Source: Faecousia sp. (lineage in GTDB: Bacteria > Bacillota > Clostridia > Oscillospirales > Oscillospiraceae). From it: 64,000 bases of DNA. Made by a program: the position numbers and the translations under genes. The notes below the pieces were generated by a model. The model had not been told where the DNA came from, did no database searches, and saw only the letters and a program-made list of their open reading frames with translations. The stretch is taken from positions 1,355 to 65,354 of the forward strand of contig JAZRUM010000080.1 of the NCBI GenBank assembly GCA_045652545.1, given 5' to 3'. Below, one piece after another: positions 58,929 through 64,000 of the stretch (within the stretch, counting starts at the first letter, position 1; each line of letters opens with the position of its first letter).

Positions 58929-59315
58929 TTATAGTTTTGCGTATGTTTTATCCAGAAAGCGCTGTGTGGAGATAATTGCTCTTTTGTGGGTTCCTTCTCC
59001 GATTGGACCGCTTTCGTCCTCTGCCGTAATATGAAAAGTGATGATCGAACCGTCTACGGCAGTTACCTCTGCATGAGCAGTAACCTCCAGGCCTACAGGT
59101 GTGGCGCTGGTGTGTTTAATTGAAAGTTCAATACCAACAGATGTTTTATCTTCCGGAATCGCTTCGTTGATCGCTTCGCAGGCAGCGCCCTCCATCAGCG
59201 CTACCATGCATGGGGTTGCATATACTAAAAGACTGCCGGAACCAACTTCCAATGCTGTGTCAGCACGTTCAGCAAGGGTTGAAACAGTACCGGTCATACC
59301 AACTGAAATTTCCAT
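58929..59315 (-). CDS. Hotdog-fold thioesterase (fluoroacetyl-CoA thioesterase FlK-like)
   Basis: VYATPCMVALME, TSVG..H..ATPVG, IGEGTHKR. Confidence 0.9.
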   Translation of the reverse strand: MEISVGMTGTVSTLAERADTALEVGSGSLLVYATPCMVALMEGAACEAINEAIPEDKTSVGIELSIKHTSATPVGLEVTAHAEVTAVDGSIITFHITAEDESGPIGEGTHKRAIISTQRFLDKTYAKL

Positions 59316-59434
59316 ATTTATCCCTCCAATGCAATTACAATATACCCAATGCCACATGCAATGTCAATATTTTCAATTGCTATATTTCTTTTTTTGTTAT
59401 ATAATTCTAAAAGAAAAAGAACGGAGGGACAATC

Positions 59435-60163
59435 ATGCAGTACTTTATGGATACAACGGAAACTGTGCCCGCAGGTGTTGGATTTGCCCATTATGATTTG
59501 CTCCATTTGCTATGGCTTGCGTTATTCTTGCTTGTAACGATCGTTTCTGTTGTAACTTACAGAAAAATGTCATTAAAAGCAAGACAAACCTGGAAGATTT
59601 CCATTGCTGCATTGCTCATAGCAGATGAGATATTCAAGGTGGCGATGCTTCTGGTTGGCGGAAGATACTTACCTGGCTATTTGCCCTTGCATTTGTGCAG
59701 TATCAATATTTTTTTGATCGCAATTCATGCATGGAAACCATCAAAACTGCTTGGTGGCTACCTGTATACCGTGGGCATTCCCGGTGCGGTTGCTGCGCTG
59801 TTGTTCCCAAGCTGGTCCAGCCTGCCGTTTGCCAATTTCATGCATCTGCATAGCTTTACGGTTCATATTTTGTTGGCGCTATATCCCATCACATTGGCTG
59901 CGGCAGGCGAATTGAAGCCTGAGGTTAAAAAGATCCCGCAATACCTTTTGCTGCTGGTTGCAATGGCGGTTCCCATTTATTTTATCAATCTGCTTTTAGA
60001 TACAAATTTTATGTTTCTTATGTCTGCAGATCCCGGCAATCCGCTATATCTGTTCCAACAGCTGTGGGGAAATCATTTGTATGGCTTTCCGGTGTTGATA
60101 ATTGGCGTTCTGGCAGTTATGTATATACCGCTTGTGATTTTTAGGAAAGTAAAGAAAGCTTAA
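59435..60163 (+). CDS. YwaF-family integral membrane protein
   Basis: LPLHLCS, ALLFP, SFTVH, TNFMFL. Confidence 0.85.
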   Translation: MQYFMDTTETVPAGVGFAHYDLLHLLWLALFLLVTIVSVVTYRKMSLKARQTWKISIAALLIADEIFKVAMLLVGGRYLPGYLPLHLCSINIFLIAIHAWKPSKLLGGYLYTVGIPGAVAALLFPSWSSLPFANFMHLHSFTVHILLALYPITLAAAGELKPEVKKIPQYLLLLVAMAVPIYFINLLLDTNFMFLMSADPGNPLYLFQQLWGNHLYGFPVLIIGVLAVMYIPLVIFRKVKKA

Positions 60164-60166
60164 AAG

Positions 60167-60205
60167 AATTCCGGTAGTGGTTCTGTCACCACTACCGGAT
60201 TTTTT
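60167..60205. terminator. Bidirectional terminator
   Basis: TCCGGTAGTGG..CCACTACCGGATTTTT. Confidence 0.8.
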
Positions 60206-61484
60206 ATAAGTTAACGATGCCTGCCTCTACAAGCTTCTGAAGGCTCATAAGGATACCGATCTTTGCGTGGGCCCATGTGAGTCCGCCCTGGAAATAGACA
60301 GCGTAGGGAGGGCGTATTGGACCGTCAGCGGAGAGTTCTATAGATGAGCCTTGCACAAATGCACCGGCAGCCATAATAACCTTATCGTTGTAACCGGGCA
60401 TTTCCCAGGGCAATGGGGTTGCAAAGGCATCCACCGGTGCTGCAGCTTGAATTCCTTTGCAAAAAGCAATCATTGCTTCTTCACTTTTTAATTCCACAGC
60501 CTGAATGATGTCGTGTCGGCTTTCTGTAGCGTTTGGAACGCAGTTAAATCCTAACGGTTCGTACAGACTTGCTGCAAATACAGCACCCTTTTCAGCGCTG
60601 GCAACTACTGTTGGCGCAAGGAAAAATCCCTGATACAATGCTGGCATGAGACCAAGGTTTGCGCCTACTTCTTGACCCAATCCGGGCGCAGACAGTCTAT
60701 ATGCGCACCGTTCAACACAAGCTTTTGTTCCGCATATGTAGCCGCCGATTGGCGCTAAGCCACCGCCCGGGTTCTTGATCAGCGAACCAACAACCATGTC
60801 TGCGCCTACATCAGAAGGCTCACAGGTTTCCACAAATTCACCGTAACAGTTGTCCACCATGCAAATGATATCCGGGTTGATTGACTTGACAAAAGCAATC
60901 AATTCACCGATTTCTTTTACAGAAAAGGTGGGTCGGGTCGCATATCCTTTTGAACGCTGTATGGTCACAACTTTTGTTTTTTCATTGATAGCATTCCGTA
61001 TGGCTGGGTAGTCTATTTTTCCGTCTTCAAGAAGATCAACCTGACGGTAGGATACGCCGTATTCTGCAAGGGAACAGGGGCTCTGACGGATGCCGATTAC
61101 TTCCTGCAACGTATCGTATGGCAAACCCACAGGGGAGAGAAGCTCATCTCCGGGCAGCAGGTTGGCTGATAAGGCGACTGTCAGCGCATGGGTTCCGCAT
61201 GTAATTTGGGGACGCACCAAAGCAGCTTCCGTATGAAATACATCCGCGTATACTTTTTCCAGGTTGTCCCGACCAACATCGTCATAACCGTAGCCGGTTG
61301 TAGCAGCAAAACAGGCGGCTGACACCCGGTTTTTCTGCATAGCATGGAGGACTTTGGCTTGATTGTATTCCGCGATTTTATCGATTTGCGCAAAGCGATC
61401 TTGCAGCATTTTAAGTACAGACTCACCGTATTCATAGACAGCCGGGGAGATTCCCAGTTCGTTGTATAATGCGTTAATGTGCAT
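60204..61484 (-). CDS. Methionine gamma-lyase-like PLP protein (YnbB / aluminium-resistance family)
   Basis: TGYGYDDVGRD, IQRSKGY, DNCYGEF, GSLIKNPGGG, GSSIELSADGP. Confidence 0.93.
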   Translation of the reverse strand: MHINALYNELGISPAVYEYGESVLKMLQDRFAQIDKIAEYNQAKVLHAMQKNRVSAACFAATTGYGYDDVGRDNLEKVYADVFHTEAALVRPQITCGTHALTVALSANLLPGDELLSPVGLPYDTLQEVIGIRQSPCSLAEYGVSYRQVDLLEDGKIDYPAIRNAINEKTKVVTIQRSKGYATRPTFSVKEIGELIAFVKSINPDIICMVDNCYGEFVETCEPSDVGADMVVGSLIKNPGGGLAPIGGYICGTKACVERCAYRLSAPGLGQEVGANLGLMPALYQGFFLAPTVVASAEKGAVFAASLYEPLGFNCVPNATESRHDIIQAVELKSEEAMIAFCKGIQAAAPVDAFATPLPWEMPGYNDKVIMAAGAFVQGSSIELSADGPIRPPYAVYFQGGLTWAHAKIGILMSLQKLVEAGIVNL

Positions 61485-61574
61485 TGATCCATATCCTCGA
61501 TTCTGTTGATTTTACAAGAATTCCTGTTGAGTATAATGATTTCCGCTCCGCTTGTCAATAACGGAGCGGAAATT

Positions 61575-62294
61575 TTAATTACGTCTGCGTCCTCTGTTTC
61601 CGAAGAGGGAGATGATTCTGATTAATTGCGCCAGAGCGACGGCGGTTGCGGCTACATATGTCATAGCTGCCGATGTCAGAACTTTTTTTGCGCCTTTCTG
61701 TTCGTCTTGCGTCAAAAGATTTCCATTCGCAATGGAGCGCAGCGCCCGTCTACTGGCATTAAATTCAACGGGGAGGGTTATTAACTGAAACACCAAAGAC
61801 AATCCGAAACATGCGATTCCCAGGTACACAAGGGACTCGGAGAAGCTACCTAGGGTAGAAAATAGAATGCCTATCAAAATCAAAGGGATCGCAAGCTTTG
61901 AACCGAAGTTTGTCAAAGGAATAATTGCGGCACGAATACGAATGGGGAAGTAATCTGATGCATATTGTACAGCATGGCCGGCTTCATGACAAGCAACGCC
62001 AATTGCTGCGATCGAAGGACTGTCGTATACACTGTCTGACAGACGGATCACGTTTGTCCTGGGATCGAAATGATCTGTTAAATTGCCTCCTGTGCGTTCG
62101 ATGCGCACACCAAAAACGCCATGTTCGGTTAAAACCCGCTGAGCAGCCTGCGCGCCGGTCAAACCTCTTTTTGAGATTTGCGAAGCGTATTTTTTAAATG
62201 TGTTATTTACACTTGCGCTTGCAACCAAAGAAAAAATGATACATGGCAAAACAAGAACAATATATGTCCAGTCAAATCCGTAATAATATGGCAT
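61575..62294 (-). CDS. Zinc metallopeptidase, YugP family
   Basis: LTDHFDP, ACHEAGHAVQ, TLPVEFNASRRA, AAMTYVAA. Confidence 0.93.
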   Translation of the reverse strand: MPYYYGFDWTYIVLVLPCIIFSLVASASVNNTFKKYASQISKRGLTGAQAAQRVLTEHGVFGVRIERTGGNLTDHFDPRTNVIRLSDSVYDSPSIAAIGVACHEAGHAVQYASDYFPIRIRAAIIPLTNFGSKLAIPLILIGILFSTLGSFSESLVYLGIACFGLSLVFQLITLPVEFNASRRALRSIANGNLLTQDEQKGAKKVLTSAAMTYVAATAVALAQLIRIISLFGNRGRRRN

Positions 62295-62436
62295 TTATAA
62301 TTTCCTTTCCCAATATTTTCTAATGTTATCTAAGCTTATTATAACCGTTTTTCAGGAAAAAACAAGCAATATGATATTGTGAAAACTTTACATTTTTGCA
62401 TTATGATTGTATAATTTCTATAAAGAGGTGAATGCT

Positions 62437-63351
62437 GTGGAATTTCTTTATTTCCTTGAATCTGTCAGAATGCCGGTTTTGAACGAATTTATGCTGGCTG
62501 TAACAAAGCTTGGGGAAGAAACAGCCTTTTTGGTCGTTGCGCTGATTGTTTTTTGGTGTGTTGATAAATACAAAGGATATTATATTTTGTCCGTAGGATT
62601 TATCGGCACACTTGCCAATCAGTTTTTGAAATTGTGGTATCGAATCCCGAGGCCGTGGGTAATCGACAAAGATTTTACGATTTTTGAGGCTGCAAGGGAA
62701 GCGGCAGCCGGCTACAGTTTTCCCAGTGGGCATACGCAAAGCGCAGTGGGTACATTTGGAGCCATTGCTTATATCGTGCAAAACCGTAAGGTTAAGATTT
62801 TGTCTGTGCTGGTTGCTGTTTTAGTAGCATTTTCCAGAATGTACATAGGTGTACATACCCCACTTGACGTATTTGTTTCTGTGGCAATCGCTGTGATATT
62901 GATTATTGCAATGAAATCACTGGTGTTAGACCATTTTAACAGTTGTTTCCGGTATGTATTCATCGTGATGATGTTGATGAGCGTTGGATTTCTTGGTTTT
63001 GTGGAGCATTATAACTTCCCGGTTGATATTGATCCACATAATCTTGCATCAGGATTGGAAAACGCATATACATTATTTGGATGTTTACTGGGCCTTTTGG
63101 TCGTGTATATTATAGATGAACGTTGGTTAAAGTTCTCAACGAAGGCGGTATGGTGGGCACAGATCGTAAAGGTTGCAGGGGGTCTGGCTTTGGTATTGAT
63201 CGTGAAAGCCGGTCTGAAAGCACCGATGAATGCTCTGTTTGGAGATTTTCTCGGTCGCAGCATTCGATATATGCTGATCGTGACCGTTGCCGGTGTTCTG
63301 TGGCCTTTATCATTTAAGTATTTTGAAAAGTTTGGAGCGAAAGATAAATAA
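62437..63351 (+). CDS. PAP2-family membrane phosphatase
   Basis: K..RIPRPW, SFPSGH, SRMYIGVH. Confidence 0.92.
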   Translation: MEFLYFLESVRMPVLNEFMLAVTKLGEETAFLVVALIVFWCVDKYKGYYILSVGFIGTLANQFLKLWYRIPRPWVIDKDFTIFEAAREAAAGYSFPSGHTQSAVGTFGAIAYIVQNRKVKILSVLVAVLVAFSRMYIGVHTPLDVFVSVAIAVILIIAMKSLVLDHFNSCFRYVFIVMMLMSVGFLGFVEHYNFPVDIDPHNLASGLENAYTLFGCLLGLLVVYIIDERWLKFSTKAVWWAQIVKVAGGLALVLIVKAGLKAPMNALFGDFLGRSIRYMLIVTVAGVLWPLSFKYFEKFGAKDK

Positions 63352-64000
63352 TGACGCTGATTTTGCTTGTATGTGCTGCGATCCTTTTGGTGACAGTGGT
63401 AAGCGGAGCATATCTCTTTGTGTTTGGTTGTGTGCGACGAAAGGAACTTCCCTGGTTGGTTGAAGAAGAAATCCGCAAAACACCATACAAAAAATTTAGC
63501 AAGCACATTCAAGCCGCAAATCAGTGGTTATCTGAACATGCTGCGGAAGATGTTTGGATCACAAGCCACGATGGATTGAAGCTGCATGCCCTATGGGTCC
63601 CTGCGCAGAATCCTAAGGGTACGATGCTACTTGCACATGGGTATCGCAGCTGCCTGTTGCTTGACTTTGGCATGGCGTTGGAATTCTACCATGAAAGAGG
63701 TCTGAATTTGCTCATTCCTGACCAGCGTGCCCATGGTAAAAGTGAAGGTCGATATATTACATTCGGTGTGAAGGAAAGCAGAGATATGCGCAACTGGATC
63801 GCCTTTCACAACGAGCATTTCGGTACGATACCGATGTTGTTAAGCGGACTTTCTATGGGCGCGTCAACTGTGTTGTATCTTGCTGATAAAAGACTTCCGG
63901 ACAATGTCCGTGGGCTCATTGCCGATTGCGGTTTTACGTCACCGAAGGATATACTGTCATGTGTATTTCGTTCGGTAACGCATCTTCCCGCATTGCCGTC
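63351..64000 (+). CDS. Alpha/beta hydrolase (3'-truncated by window edge; absent from ORF track)
   Basis: Own translation: MTLILLVCAA TM, SHDGLKLHA, LLAHGY, DQRAHGKSEG, GLSMG nucleophile elbow, ADCGF. Confidence 0.9.
   Translation, partial: MTLILLVCAAILLVTVVSGAYLFVFGCVRRKELPWLVEEEIRKTPYKKFSKHIQAANQWLSEHAAEDVWITSHDGLKLHALWVPAQNPKGTMLLAHGYRSCLLLDFGMALEFYHERGLNLLIPDQRAHGKSEGRYITFGVKESRDMRNWIAFHNEHFGTIPMLLSGLSMGASTVLYLADKRLPDNVRGLIADCGFTSPKDILSCVFRSVTHLPALP

Overview
Core-genome window from a spore-forming Bacillota/Clostridia chromosome (Oscillospiraceae-like by gene content and order; taxonomy is inference). It holds about 60 CDSs, nearly all housekeeping: whiA-dnaE-lipoprotein-response regulator-kinase-DUF1385-prmC-recA-recX-rimO-pgsA, tex, sepF-divIVA-(T-box)-ileS, miaB-mutS-CPBP-mutL-miaA-hfq, ylxM-ffh-rpsP-khpA-rimM-trmD, spoIID, metA, scpAB-ytfJ-dacB-rluB, acpP-SRP RNA-dnaX-ybaB-recR. 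It also has tRNA-Ala(CGC), a large SRP RNA and an Ile T-box. I saw no transposase, integrase, prophage or CRISPR array. The most interesting signals are non-coding. (i) Two elements of 277 and 278 bp (35413-35689, 48551-48828) each sit in the loop of a terminator-like hairpin between convergent genes. They share a Y-shaped fold, junction motifs and an exact 22-mer placed in opposite arms and orientations, although their terminal repeats differ. (ii) A third TIR-bounded hairpin-rich element follows trmD. (iii) An array of GAA-triloop mini-hairpins separated by GCATCAC lies just past the tRNA terminator. (iv) Twin TGTCAAG-N8-CTTGACA palindromes bracket the ylxM-ffh promoter. The main protein-level oddity is a secreted phage-lysozyme-like/SH3/dockerin fusion next to an SGNH-type lipoprotein. 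All family assignments are by motif recognition; no searches were run, and some start codons were adjusted by eye using RBS position.
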